A stretch of 64,000 nucleotides of DNA from an uncultured Abiotrophia sp. (GTDB lineage Bacteria; Bacillota; Bacilli; Lactobacillales; Aerococcaceae): NCBI RefSeq assembly GCF_938010525.1, contig NZ_CALLVK010000021.1:183263-247262 (forward strand). The letters are read 5' to 3'. Positions 46,656 to 56,539 of this stretch are shown piece after piece; positions within the stretch are counted from its first letter, which is position 1, and every line of letters begins with the position of its first letter. Below the pieces are notes generated by a model. The model was not told the origin of the DNA. It saw nothing but the letters and a program-made list of their open reading frames with translations, and did not search any database. Both the position numbers and the translations under genes were made by a program.

Positions 46656-47477
46656 CTATCCACACTGTTTATTTTGTAGCGCCTTTTTACCCAGACATTT
46701 CGCCAGCCATACGCTTTGCGCCGACAAATAGGCAAAAGGCAGGTACAAGACCAGGCTTCGCCAATAGGCAGGACCGACGCCCACACCGCTCCGCATCATG
46801 AGCCAAAAAAGAAAAGGATAGCTGAAGAGCAGGAGATTGACTCCAGAGAGCCCAAGATAAAGCCGCCAGGTCTGACCATAACGAGCCACCGTCGCTAGAA
46901 TAGCACCCAAGACTAATAGACCATTGAGAAGCGCTGCCTCACGCCAATCCAAATTATTAAAGCCAAAACGCAGATTATTCAATAAAGGGACTAAGAAATA
47001 GAGCAACATCCCCGTCTGTAAGTAAGCCAAGCCCAACTGATAACGTTCCAAGGCTACTGGCTTCTTGTTTCGAGCCCCTTCTGTTTTAGGCCAAGCTTGG
47101 GCAAAGTTTTTAAGTCGATGGCTCCATATTAGCGAAGCGAGGAAGAAGACCCCTGACCGAATCATCAAGTCGACTTCGTAAGCAGTCCTTAGTTTTGTGC
47201 TTCCTTGCCCTGGCACAAGCAGCCCCATCAGTAGACGCCCCCAGAGCACCACTAGCCCTAGCCACTCCAATCGATAGGCCCATCGCATGCTAGCCCCAGA
47301 TTGGAATAACCAGGCCAGCCAGGTGACTGCCATAGCTAGCAACCAGGCAGCAAAAGGCAAGTTAATGAAGTCCCAGTTGAAGATGTTCTGGTAAATCCAT
47401 AAACCAGCCAAGACCTTGAAGACTAAAAATAAGGCAAAAGCGCGTTCTTGGCTTGTTTTGTCCACTATGGGTTCCAT
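46656..47477 (-). CDS. Hypothetical polytopic membrane protein
   Basis: 273 aa, 6 or more hydrophobic segments; AAAGGAGGG SD. Confidence 0.5.
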   Translation of the reverse strand: MEPIVDKTSQERAFALFLVFKVLAGLWIYQNIFNWDFINLPFAAWLLAMAVTWLAWLFQSGASMRWAYRLEWLGLVVLWGRLLMGLLVPGQGSTKLRTAYEVDLMIRSGVFFLASLIWSHRLKNFAQAWPKTEGARNKKPVALERYQLGLAYLQTGMLLYFLVPLLNNLRFGFNNLDWREAALLNGLLVLGAILATVARYGQTWRLYLGLSGVNLLLFSYPFLFWLMMRSGVGVGPAYWRSLVLYLPFAYLSAQSVWLAKCLGKKALQNKQCG

Positions 47478-47544
47478 GGCAGTCCCTCCTTTCCTTTCTT
47501 TATTATAGCAGACTCCCCAAGAGGCGTCATTAACCGACTAGCTC

Positions 47545-47572
47545 AAAAAAAGTGCGGACTCACCCGCACTTT
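47545..47572 (-). terminator. Rho-independent terminator downstream of gene 47586-48812
   Basis: agtgcgg-actcac-ccgcact hairpin followed by uuuuuuu on the minus strand. Confidence 0.65.
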
Positions 47573-47585
47573 CTCATATTAGCGC

Positions 47586-48812
47586 TTAATTCTTGTCTGG
47601 CACAAATGCAAGCCAATCTGCATCCAAATACCAGCCATCTGGGATGGCCTGACTGCCTATTTCATGATAGCCTACTTGTCCACGAAGCGTTAGGACTCCC
47701 TGCCAAGTGCTGATAGCCTGTGGGACTTTCCCCTGAACGCGCACTCTCAGAACTTTAGCTGAAGCTTCCCCACCAGTCGACTGACTGAAAGTAAACCAGT
47801 AAGCATCCCCTACTTGTCCTAAAAAGCCCTTCTCATTAGTGGTCATGCGACATTCAATTAATTGGCCACTTAAGGTCTCTGCTTGGGCCAATACTTGGTC
47901 TAAATCTTGTAACTGATAGGCCTCTGCCCCTTGGTAATGGGAAGTCACGCCAAAGACATAGCCTTTGACACCCGCTTTAAGCTTACGTAAAAAAAATAGG
48001 GGGAGTGTCGGTAGCCCTATCAAGAGTAGAGCAGATAAGCCCAGGCCAAAGATAAGATTTACTACCGTCTCGGAATCTCTCACCTGACTAAGAAATTGAA
48101 GAATAATCGTCCCTATCACCAAAAGAGAGATTCTATTAACTATAAGAAGCAAGATACCCATTACGAGATAAACTAGATCTAAGTTCCAGGCTCTCTTGAG
48201 CAAGTCTGGGCGATGATTACGGTAACCCCACCAAGCTAAGTAGCTAGTAGCAAGACATAAGATTATAGCTAATAGGTAAAGGGGCTCATGAGAATAATCC
48301 AGGTGTAAGACGAGCATCTGCCATCCTTTAATGAAGAGATAGCCTAAGAACACACGATTAAGTGCCTTATTTCCCTCAGTTGGAACTAGCTTTAATTGAT
48401 TTCCTTGCTTATTCAATTGGCGCCCGACCAAGAATTGCTGATAGGCACAATAAACCATAGGAGCTACTGATACAAAGAGTTTTGGGATGAGATTTGATAA
48501 AGCGATAAGTGGCGAAAAGGCCAATAATTTTTGAAAATCTAAACTTACCAAGACATAGATGACAATACCAGTATTAACCGCGCCAGCTAGATAATGACAC
48601 CAGGCCTGCTTTGACTTATAACCTAACCAAGTCAGTACTAGTGGTAATAAAAAGATTGCTTCTTCTAACAATAAGTGCCCTAAAATAGGCTGACTTAACC
48701 AACTAAATACGGCAGAACCAAAAAGAATGGGGCTAAGCCGGAATAAAAGATAGACCAGTTGACAATCAAGCAGCCAACGTTGATGATCAGATACTGACCT
48801 GTTAACTTGCAT
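47586..48812 (-). CDS. Hypothetical membrane protein: N-terminal polytopic domain plus ~140-aa C-terminal soluble domain
   Basis: 408 aa; GAGGAGG SD. The C-terminal region is predicted extracytoplasmic or soluble; no family recognised. Confidence 0.5.
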   Translation of the reverse strand: MQVNRSVSDHQRWLLDCQLVYLLFRLSPILFGSAVFSWLSQPILGHLLLEEAIFLLPLVLTWLGYKSKQAWCHYLAGAVNTGIVIYVLVSLDFQKLLAFSPLIALSNLIPKLFVSVAPMVYCAYQQFLVGRQLNKQGNQLKLVPTEGNKALNRVFLGYLFIKGWQMLVLHLDYSHEPLYLLAIILCLATSYLAWWGYRNHRPDLLKRAWNLDLVYLVMGILLLIVNRISLLVIGTIILQFLSQVRDSETVVNLIFGLGLSALLLIGLPTLPLFFLRKLKAGVKGYVFGVTSHYQGAEAYQLQDLDQVLAQAETLSGQLIECRMTTNEKGFLGQVGDAYWFTFSQSTGGEASAKVLRVRVQGKVPQAISTWQGVLTLRGQVGYHEIGSQAIPDGWYLDADWLAFVPDKN

Positions 48813-49018
48813 ATGTTTTCCTCCTCTTAGGGATATTCAATCTTACTGGCTTTGTCTAGTTAGAACTAGCTAGGCAAGACCGCACTGTATGTAGACTGCG
48901 ATAACTCTAATATAAAGCGCACTAGTATGACAGATAGAATTCTTAAAACGGAATTATCATGAAACCTTCGAAATCAGCTTGGTAATCCTTCTTGTTTTCT
49001 TCTGTCATTAGGCCCCTC

Positions 49019-49459
49019 CTAATCTTGCGATTGATGCCTGTATCTCTTAGTTTCTAGTTCATGTAACCAAGCAGCCCTGGCTTCCTCGAAGCGGTTCTTG
49101 GCGCCTAGGAGTACTAGCCAGATTATGATAGGGATGATCAATAGTATCAGGACAAGGCCTTGACTTGCCCATAAAACATATGGGAAAAATGAGATTCCAA
49201 GCACCCCTAAGCCTACTTCTAGACTGGTCAAAACTAAATCCAGTCGGTAGCCTCTTTTGAAGATTGTCGTATCATGATCTTTCCACGCAATCATCAACCA
49301 ATAGAAAGCCAATAGGCGTCCAACATATACAAATCCTAATAGCAATGAGTACAACAGTAAGACTAATCCTGTTATCAGCGTTAATACTCGCAAAACAGTG
49401 TACAAGATCATGTAAAGGTTAAACTCGGACTGGCGCCCCTTTTTACTCTCGTCAATCAA
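49019..49459 (-). CDS. Small hypothetical membrane protein (paralog A)
   Basis: 146 aa; TTG start with AAGGAGG 8 nt upstream; shares LLAFYWLM..WK motif with the neighbour. Confidence 0.5.
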   Translation of the reverse strand: MIDESKKGRQSEFNLYMILYTVLRVLTLITGLVLLLYSLLLGFVYVGRLLAFYWLMIAWKDHDTTIFKRGYRLDLVLTSLEVGLGVLGISFFPYVLWASQGLVLILLIIPIIIWLVLLGAKNRFEEARAAWLHELETKRYRHQSQD

Positions 49460-49497
49460 TGCTTGTGCCTCCTTAACTTACAATTAAGCTTATATTA

Positions 49498-49896
49498 CTA
49501 GTCTGAACCAAAGCGAAGCTTGGCTATAAAAAGCACTGCCCACACTATAATTGGAGTTATAAAAATCAAAAACATTGGTGCATAGGATAATGCCAAAATT
49601 ACGAATGGCCACGCCACAAGTAGCCCTACCACCCAAACCGAAAGTTCAAGTACTGACAAGATAGTATCTAGGATAAATCCATAGTTGAAACGGGGTCCAT
49701 CATTGGTTTTCCAACCTGTCATCAACCAATAAAAGGCTAGTAGACGACCTAAGTATACTAACCATATGATTGGGAGTTCTTTGACATTAACTAACATATG
49801 AATTCCTGTTACGAGAGTTATCAGCCTCAAAGCCGTATAGATCTTCATATATCTTTCAAAGCCTGGTTGGTGGCTTTGCTTGACTTCTTCCGTCAT
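49498..49896 (-). CDS. Small hypothetical membrane protein (paralog B)
   Basis: ATG start (MTEEVKQSH...); parallels its neighbour (MTEEVKQSHQPGFERYMKIYT vs MIDESKKGRQSEFNLYMILYT). Confidence 0.5.
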   Translation of the reverse strand: MTEEVKQSHQPGFERYMKIYTALRLITLVTGIHMLVNVKELPIIWLVYLGRLLAFYWLMTGWKTNDGPRFNYGFILDTILSVLELSVWVVGLLVAWPFVILALSYAPMFLIFITPIIVWAVLFIAKLRFGSD

Positions 49897-50327
49897 TTTC
49901 CATACCTCACAGTCTGCCCTAACCAACCTAATGCCGTTAGGACTTTAATTAATAGACTATTAATATGGCATCATTATACCAAAGTTCTCGAAACTTAGTA
50001 AAGCTTTCACCTCATTCATTCTTGCTAGATTTTATCTTATACACCCGATAAAAACCTGATAAATCAACATTTCATCTACTCACACCTTGTATTTTATCAA
50101 CTTTCTGTTAACTTTCAGATTTTGAATGTTCCGTCCCACTAAATTTACCACAAAACTTCTGTTTATATCTCTACTATGAACTTTACTAGGCGAGAACACT
50201 TGTCACCATCTCAGCATCTGGTAAGCCTAAGCCAATTCATAGATAGGAGAATATTCGGGTTTTCCATTCGCGTCTCCAATTCTAACTTAGCTACACAAAT
50301 TTTCATCATATACACAACATATCTAAA

Positions 50328-50357
50328 TTGACTATCTGAGCTAACTAGCATTATAAT
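50328..50357 (+). promoter_or_regulatory. Sigma-A-type promoter for the AraC-family regulator
   Basis: TTGACT, 18-nt spacer, TATAAT, about 35 nt upstream of the ATG. Confidence 0.45.
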
Positions 50358-50391
50358 AGTTTTACAACTTCTATCAGACGAGGTGATATCC

Positions 50392-51225
50392 ATGTCCGAG
50401 CAAGAGTTTTACGTTTTCCATAATATATCTTCTGTTGATTTCTACCCCATTCAGTTTGGCAAGGAGAAGTGTGACCCTTGGCATCATTATGGGCCAACCC
50501 TGACCCATAATTACCTCTTCCACTACATCTTGTCGGGGCGGGGGAGCTTTCTCGAGAATGAGAAGCAGGAGGTCATTCAACTGGGGCCAGGCCAAGGCTT
50601 TCTCATGCCCCCTAACACGGTCTGTTCCTATACGGCTGACCAAGACGACCCCTGGATCTATTGTTGGATTGAGTTCAATGGACTCAAGGCTGCTAATTTC
50701 ATGCGTCAGGCAGGTTTGAATGCTAACAATCTGATCTTTACGCCTCATAAGCCCATGATTATCTCTAGTATCAAAGACACCTTGGAGACCATCATCCGTA
50801 ACCACTCCCAGCATGAGTCCTTTCTGATTGCCCAGCTCTATCTCTTAGTTGATCATCTGATTCGCTTTTCTAAGCACAGTCCTCAGCAGCGTCCTAACGA
50901 GATTCATTCCTTCTATATTAGAGAGGCTATCCATTATATCCAGGACCACTATATGGACAACCCTAGCGTGGATCGACTGGCAGACATCTGCCACCTCAAC
51001 CGCAATTACTTCACCCGTCTCTTCAAGCAAGAGCTCCAAATGACACCTTCGCAGTTCATTTTGACCTATCGTATCAACCAATCCTGCGAGCTCTTGGCTT
51101 CAACCAATCGTTCCATTCGCGACATTGCCGAGCAAATCGGCTACAGCAATCAGTTCAACTTCTCTTCGGCCTTCAAACGTGTCAAGGGTATGACGCCTAT
51201 GGAATGGCGTCGACGTTATCGTTAG
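50392..51225 (+). CDS. AraC-family transcriptional regulator (N-terminal cupin sugar-binding plus C-terminal HTH), MsmR/RafR-like
   Basis: ATG at 50392 with a GAGGTG SD; the ORF-track start at 50383 is GTG. C-terminal AraC HTH (FNFSSAFKRVKGMTPMEWRRRY). Confidence 0.75.
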   Translation: MSEQEFYVFHNISSVDFYPIQFGKEKCDPWHHYGPTLTHNYLFHYILSGRGSFLENEKQEVIQLGPGQGFLMPPNTVCSYTADQDDPWIYCWIEFNGLKAANFMRQAGLNANNLIFTPHKPMIISSIKDTLETIIRNHSQHESFLIAQLYLLVDHLIRFSKHSPQQRPNEIHSFYIREAIHYIQDHYMDNPSVDRLADICHLNRNYFTRLFKQELQMTPSQFILTYRINQSCELLASTNRSIRDIAEQIGYSNQFNFSSAFKRVKGMTPMEWRRRYR

Positions 51226-51244
51226 CCGAAGATATGATGACATA

Positions 51245-51278
51245 GAAAAATCCGCACTCAATCAGTGCGGATTTTTTC
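51245..51278. terminator. Bidirectional rho-independent terminator between convergent AraC and GH36-like genes
   Basis: tccgcactca-atc-agtgcgga hairpin between aaaaa and tttttt. Confidence 0.75.
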
Positions 51279-51281
51279 ATT

Positions 51282-53249
51282 CTAATTTCTTGATCCAATC
51301 ATGGGATCGGCATAAGTTAGTTGATAGATGACTAATTCCTGAGGCGCTAAAGTAGCTTGCCAAATATGCTTTTCCGTCCGTTCCAAGCTTGCTCGCCCTG
51401 CGACCTGCATGAGGGTCTGGAGCTCGCCATCCCCTAAAATATAGGTTTGAGGTTGAGCTGTCGGATTACGTAGTGACAGAATGACACGACGCCCGTCATC
51501 GCTCAAGCAACGATAGCCATAAAGGCCCGTATGGTCGGCTGGCTTATGGCCGATAAAGCGACTATTCTTAAGGCAGTCATCATAGTTATCCTGTACCCAG
51601 CGAATGGCCTCGGCATTAGCACGCCAACGCTCATGGTCGAAGAGGTCGTAGGAGTAATAGCACTCCCAGAAGGCATTACCACGCGTCCCAATAAAGTAGA
51701 GATAGTCGCGGAATTCACTGACACTGGCCTGAATTGGATGGTCTAAGAGCCCTGCAGTCGCCCGATGAGCAAAGATTGGCTCATGGTTATAGAAATATTT
51801 CTGGGGCACTTGGATAGCTCGCTCGCGAATGAAGGCGTGATAACGATCATCCCGATAGGTCATCATGCGAGCCAAATCGGTCTCTCCAAGTGAATCATAG
51901 CCTGTATCCTGAGAAACTTGAATCCAAAGGCTATTGACATAGGCTAGCCACCAAGGGCTTGGATTGACGTAAGAGGTTAAATTCAGCCATAGGTCTCGCT
52001 GCGCCCCTTTTTCATCATGGTCTTGGGAATGCTTCTGACGATAGGCAGACCGTAAGTTCTGGAAGAGCTTAATCAAACGTTCGTAAGTCGCCGTCATTTG
52101 GTGCATACCATGGGGACCTGAGACATCATCCTGAGCTGGCTCAATCAAAAAGCCATCTAGCTTCCAATAAGACAGGTCATACTGGTCCTGATAGGCTAGG
52201 AGCTTAGCTTCCAAGGCATCCAAATAAGCCGGGTCACCCACATTGACGTCTTGAGTCCGCTCATTTTTAGTTCCTAGTCCTAATTCTGGATGAGCCTTGA
52301 GCCAATTGCTCATGGTTAGCTGCGTGCCACCATAGCCACCCCGTGGCCCCATCCAAAGGCCAAGCTGGCCGCCATAGCTGGCCACTTGGTCCTTAATGCG
52401 TGAGAGGCCAAGCGGGAATTTCGCATTGAATTCCCAAAAGCTCTCATAATTGGCCCAGCCGTCATCCACCACATAAGTATCCAGTGGCACCCCATAATCA
52501 CTGAAGCCCGACCGTATAGCGGCAAAGGAAGTCATAATCTTGTCCTCGTCGATGTCCAACATATGGTCGTACCAGGAATTATATTGTAGGCGGAAGTGGT
52601 TTGGCAATGCGATAGTTTCAATATAAGCGAAGAAGGCTTGTTGGATGCTTGAAAATTCAGGGCTGGCCGCTGACCCTATGACCGTCGCATGTAAATTCAC
52701 TGGCTGGTCTGAAGTCACCTCTCGCCCTAGATAGTAGCGGGACCAATAGCGACCTTGTTCTAGGCGGTTCTCTGCTAGGGGAAATTCCATCCCTAAGAAG
52801 AAACTATTAGCGTAAACTGGCTGGCCACAGGCCACATAATAGCCACTAAATCCTGCCATCTCAGGAATTGCCTCTTGTTCCTTTGGTTGATAAAACTTGG
52901 CATCTTCCTGGAAGGTCATGACCGATAAGTCTAGAAAGTTAATGGCCTGTTTTGCCTCTAAGAGGCTAACCTTGCATTTGAGGTAACCGTCTGTTAGCTC
53001 ATAAATCACCTTGACTCGCGCTAGGTCGTCTTGGTACTCTACCTGAATGGCTTCTGCGGTCTCCTTCTCAAGTTGAGCTTGCATCTGGCTAGCGGCTAGT
53101 TGCCCCCCCTTCTGCCAATGGATGACAAAGGGCTCACTCTCACTTAATGCATAGGTCTTTCCCGTCTGTCTATTGGTCAGCCGGTCTAAGTAAAACTGTT
53201 GATGATTGCAGACAAAATGTCCGATAAGCGTTTGGCTTTGGAGTTCCAT
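51282..53249 (-). CDS. Glycoside hydrolase of the GH36/GH27 clan (alpha-galactosidase or alpha-N-acetylgalactosaminidase-like)
   Basis: 655 aa; YVVDDGWANY and SYWKLDGF (K-x-D) motifs; AraC regulator adjacent. Confidence 0.5.
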   Translation of the reverse strand: MELQSQTLIGHFVCNHQQFYLDRLTNRQTGKTYALSESEPFVIHWQKGGQLAASQMQAQLEKETAEAIQVEYQDDLARVKVIYELTDGYLKCKVSLLEAKQAINFLDLSVMTFQEDAKFYQPKEQEAIPEMAGFSGYYVACGQPVYANSFFLGMEFPLAENRLEQGRYWSRYYLGREVTSDQPVNLHATVIGSAASPEFSSIQQAFFAYIETIALPNHFRLQYNSWYDHMLDIDEDKIMTSFAAIRSGFSDYGVPLDTYVVDDGWANYESFWEFNAKFPLGLSRIKDQVASYGGQLGLWMGPRGGYGGTQLTMSNWLKAHPELGLGTKNERTQDVNVGDPAYLDALEAKLLAYQDQYDLSYWKLDGFLIEPAQDDVSGPHGMHQMTATYERLIKLFQNLRSAYRQKHSQDHDEKGAQRDLWLNLTSYVNPSPWWLAYVNSLWIQVSQDTGYDSLGETDLARMMTYRDDRYHAFIRERAIQVPQKYFYNHEPIFAHRATAGLLDHPIQASVSEFRDYLYFIGTRGNAFWECYYSYDLFDHERWRANAEAIRWVQDNYDDCLKNSRFIGHKPADHTGLYGYRCLSDDGRRVILSLRNPTAQPQTYILGDGELQTLMQVAGRASLERTEKHIWQATLAPQELVIYQLTYADPMIGSRN

Positions 53250-53476
53250 ACGCCTCTCCTCCTCATAAAAGTAATCATACTTACCTAATATAATTGTAAG
53301 CGCCTAGCAAATATTTTACTATCTTATTTTGCTACCTACTCTATGTGCTGATTAATCACTAAGGAACTTTTGTCATATTTATAGTAGATTTTACACATAT
53401 TTCCAGTATAAAAACGCTCAGAACCAAATACAGCTCATCTAATTCTCATTTTTTTGCCACTTTATTCAAATTCTTC

Positions 53477-53505
53477 TTGTGCGCCAAGGCCTAAACGCGT
53501 ATAAT
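53477..53505 (+). promoter_or_regulatory. Sigma-A-type promoter for the amino acid permease
   Basis: TTGTGC, 17-nt spacer, TATAAT; AGGAGG SD 7 nt before the ATG at 53544. Confidence 0.45.
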
Positions 53506-53543
53506 GTAGAGTAATTCATCATTGATATTAGGAGGTATTATAT

Positions 53544-54887
53544 ATGAATCAACCAAAAAAAGCCTACGGCCTCTTAACTGCTGTAGCGATGATTATTGGG
53601 ATTGTGGTCGGTTCGGGGATTTACTTCAAGGCTGATGACATCCTGACCTATACGGGTGGTAGCCTAGCCCTAGGCTTACTGGTTCTATCCATTGGGGCCA
53701 GCAATATCGTCTTCGGTTCCCTATCCTTGTCAGAATTTGCTAAGTTAGAGACTTCAAGTGGTGGGGTTGTGGCTTACTTAGACCGCTTTATTTCTTCTCG
53801 CTTAGCGACTGGCTATGGTTGGTTCTTAGCCTTCGTCATGATTCCAAGTGTGGTTGCTGTTGTGTCTTGGGCTTCTGCCATCTACACCGGCTTACTCTTT
53901 AATCTTGACCTGAACCTAGGTCAGCAAGTGCTCTTAGGTATGGCCTATACCCTCTTCTTCATGGCCTTGAACGTCCTCTCTCGTGTCCTCGGGGGTTACT
54001 TCCAAACCCTGACCATGTTCGTCAAGATGGTGCCCTTGGCCCTGATTGTCTTTGCTGGTCTCTTCTGGTCAGCACCCGCACCAAATCTTCCGGATGGTGT
54101 TTCCGCAATTGAACCGAGCAATGTGGGCTTAGGTTGGCTATCGGCCCTAGTTCCCCTGGCCTTCACCTATGAAGGTTGGAACTATGTCGTGACTATTGCA
54201 CCCGAGCTCAAACATCCAAAACGTGATTTGATTCGTGCCTTCATTATTGGCCCGCTCATTATTCTCCTAACTTACTTGCTCTTCTTCTATGGCATGGTCC
54301 GCATTCTGGGGGCAACTTTCGTGCTATCAACTGGTGACCAAGCCATCACCTACGCCCTAACTTCACTCTTAGGTGAACGCGCTGGTAACCTAATTCTAGT
54401 CGTGGTGATTATCTCCATGCTAGGGGTCCTCAACGGCCTCCTCTTAGCTGGGATGCGTCTACCACAGGCCTATGCTGAAAAAGGCATGTTACCAAAAGGT
54501 CGCTTGGAAGAGATTCACCCTAAATATCAGGTATCCGTACCTTCCGCCGTTCTCTTCACTGCTATTACGGTGGTTTGGCTCTTAATCCATTACCTAACGC
54601 AAAAATTCGGGATTATGGGCAAGGGCGATGTCAGCGAAATTACCATTGTCTTCAACTACATCTTCTACATCATCCTCTATCTTCGCGTCATCAAACTCAA
54701 TCGCGAGGGCTTGGCTAGCAATCGCCTGACCAGTCTCTTTGCTCCAGTGATGGGGATTATCGGGGCTGCTCTGGTCATTGGCGGGAGTTTGATTTCTTCC
54801 CTTCAAACTACTTTGGTTTTCAGTTTACTCTGCGCCCTAGTGATTTTAATCGGATGGCTTTACTCTAAACGCCAAATGCAAAACTAA
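53544..54887 (+). CDS. APC-superfamily amino acid permease
   Basis: 447 aa, 12 TM-like segments; typical APC N-terminal region GSGIYF. Confidence 0.75.
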   Translation: MNQPKKAYGLLTAVAMIIGIVVGSGIYFKADDILTYTGGSLALGLLVLSIGASNIVFGSLSLSEFAKLETSSGGVVAYLDRFISSRLATGYGWFLAFVMIPSVVAVVSWASAIYTGLLFNLDLNLGQQVLLGMAYTLFFMALNVLSRVLGGYFQTLTMFVKMVPLALIVFAGLFWSAPAPNLPDGVSAIEPSNVGLGWLSALVPLAFTYEGWNYVVTIAPELKHPKRDLIRAFIIGPLIILLTYLLFFYGMVRILGATFVLSTGDQAITYALTSLLGERAGNLILVVVIISMLGVLNGLLLAGMRLPQAYAEKGMLPKGRLEEIHPKYQVSVPSAVLFTAITVVWLLIHYLTQKFGIMGKGDVSEITIVFNYIFYIILYLRVIKLNREGLASNRLTSLFAPVMGIIGAALVIGGSLISSLQTTLVFSLLCALVILIGWLYSKRQMQN

Positions 54888-54889
54888 CA

Positions 54890-54923
54890 AAAAGGCTGAG
54901 ACGCTGTCTCAGCCTTTTTTATT
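54890..54923. terminator. Bidirectional rho-independent terminator between the permease and ClC genes
   Basis: ggctgagac-gct-gtctcagcc hairpin flanked by aaaa and ttttttatt. Confidence 0.75.
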
Positions 54924-54924
54924 A

Positions 54925-56481
54925 TCATGAATCTTGCGCTGGTATAGCTAGTTGGGTCATGGCTTGATGCATATTGCCCACAATGCCTTCATCCGTCACC
55001 GCAATCAGAATATCGCCTGCCTGCAGGACCATTTTGCCTTTAGTGATGTATTCTTTCTCGCCACGGCGGATGGTGGCAATCAAAACATCTTCAGGCCACT
55101 TAATTGCGGCTACCTTTTGGCCTACTAAGGGACTGTCAACGAAAATTGGCACTTCAAAGGTTGTCCGTCGACCTGTCTTGGCTAGATCCTCTTGGTGCAG
55201 CATTTTTTCAGCTAATGCCTCATAAATTGGGGGCATCTTAAGGGCTTCCGCAAGAAGGAAGGCAGATAGGACCACTACTGCTAGCGGCATGAGTTGGTTG
55301 AGGCCACCCACCATTTCGCTAACTAGAAGTAAAGCCGTTAGTGGGGCTTTCCCGATGGCTGCAAAGCCCCCTGCCATAGCGAAGAAAATAAAGCAGAGTA
55401 AGAGTTCTTGATCCATGCCGGTAATATTGATAATGAACTGACCGTATAAGGCACCTACCAAGGCACCTAGGGACAAGATCGGCAGGAAAATCCCACCTGG
55501 CAGACCAGACCCATAAGAAACCATGGAAAATACAAAACGTACCAGGAGAATAAGGGCTAGCACTAGGAGTGGCGTCTTAGTGTGAGCTAATTCTAAGATG
55601 AGCTCACCACCTCCACCTAGAATATGGGGCGCGACTAAGCCAATTGGAATAAGCAGCAAGCCAGCCACAATGCCATAAAATGGGGGTTTAACCCAAGGCA
55701 CTAATTTTGCATAAAGCCGTGGCAAAGCAAAGGTGACACGTTGATAGCACCAGCCAAAAAGTGCTAAGAAAATCCCCAAGACTACCAAATAACCGTAATA
55801 GGCAACTGGAAATTTAAGATGATTGCCTAAATCAAGAGCCGGATGATTGCCAAAAGCATGAAGGGAAATAAAGTTGGCCGTCACCGTTGCCGTCAAAGTC
55901 GTCAAGGCAACAGTCGGACTGAAACTATGGTGGACCTCCTCCAAGACGAAGAGTAAGCCCGCAATAGGAGCATTAAAGGCCGCTGCTAGGCCGGCCCCTG
56001 CCCCACTGGAAATCAGGATATTTTCTTGGACACGATTGCTCTTGGCTAGCTTAGCCACCCCTTGTCCAACCGCTGAGCCCAACTGAATGGAGGGACCCTC
56101 GCGACCCAGGAAAAGTCCGGACCCAATGGCAATACCGCCCCCAACAAATTTCTTCCAGAGAATTGACCACCAGTTGAGGGTTAGATGCCCTTGAAGCTGG
56201 AGCTCCACCTGTGGAATCCCGCTCCCCTTGATATAGGGTTCACTTCGGACAATTAAGCCTAGCAAATAGCCTAGCACTATGGTCCCCGCAATATAAGGCA
56301 AAATCAGCCAAGGGTTGGCCTGCATGGCCTGATAAGCCGATACCACCCAAGACAGGACAAAACCTATTAGGAAGCGGAAGGCCGACACAATCAACCCGAC
56401 TAAGACCCCGACTAAGAGTCCCGCCATGACATATCGTGTCTTATTACGGCGAGCCGCAAATTCTTGAAATCTACTACGCAT
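54925..56481 (-). CDS. ClC-family chloride channel/antiporter with C-terminal TrkA-C (RCK_C) domain
   Basis: 518 aa; GREGP and GIFLP selectivity motifs (LFLGREGPSIQ, GGIFLPILS). Confidence 0.8.
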   Translation of the reverse strand: MRSRFQEFAARRNKTRYVMAGLLVGVLVGLIVSAFRFLIGFVLSWVVSAYQAMQANPWLILPYIAGTIVLGYLLGLIVRSEPYIKGSGIPQVELQLQGHLTLNWWSILWKKFVGGGIAIGSGLFLGREGPSIQLGSAVGQGVAKLAKSNRVQENILISSGAGAGLAAAFNAPIAGLLFVLEEVHHSFSPTVALTTLTATVTANFISLHAFGNHPALDLGNHLKFPVAYYGYLVVLGIFLALFGWCYQRVTFALPRLYAKLVPWVKPPFYGIVAGLLLIPIGLVAPHILGGGGELILELAHTKTPLLVLALILLVRFVFSMVSYGSGLPGGIFLPILSLGALVGALYGQFIINITGMDQELLLCFIFFAMAGGFAAIGKAPLTALLLVSEMVGGLNQLMPLAVVVLSAFLLAEALKMPPIYEALAEKMLHQEDLAKTGRRTTFEVPIFVDSPLVGQKVAAIKWPEDVLIATIRRGEKEYITKGKMVLQAGDILIAVTDEGIVGNMHQAMTQLAIPAQDS

Positions 56482-56539
56482 ACCATCACCTCTTCTAGTG
56501 AATATTATAGCAAAAAATTGTCGGGCTGTGGCAAAAATA

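Noticed and set aside
53250-53543. T-box leader ahead of the APC amino acid permease
   Set aside because: The promoter sits about 40 nt from the start codon, so there is no room for a 200-300 nt T-box, and no specifier or terminator-antiterminator pair was seen.
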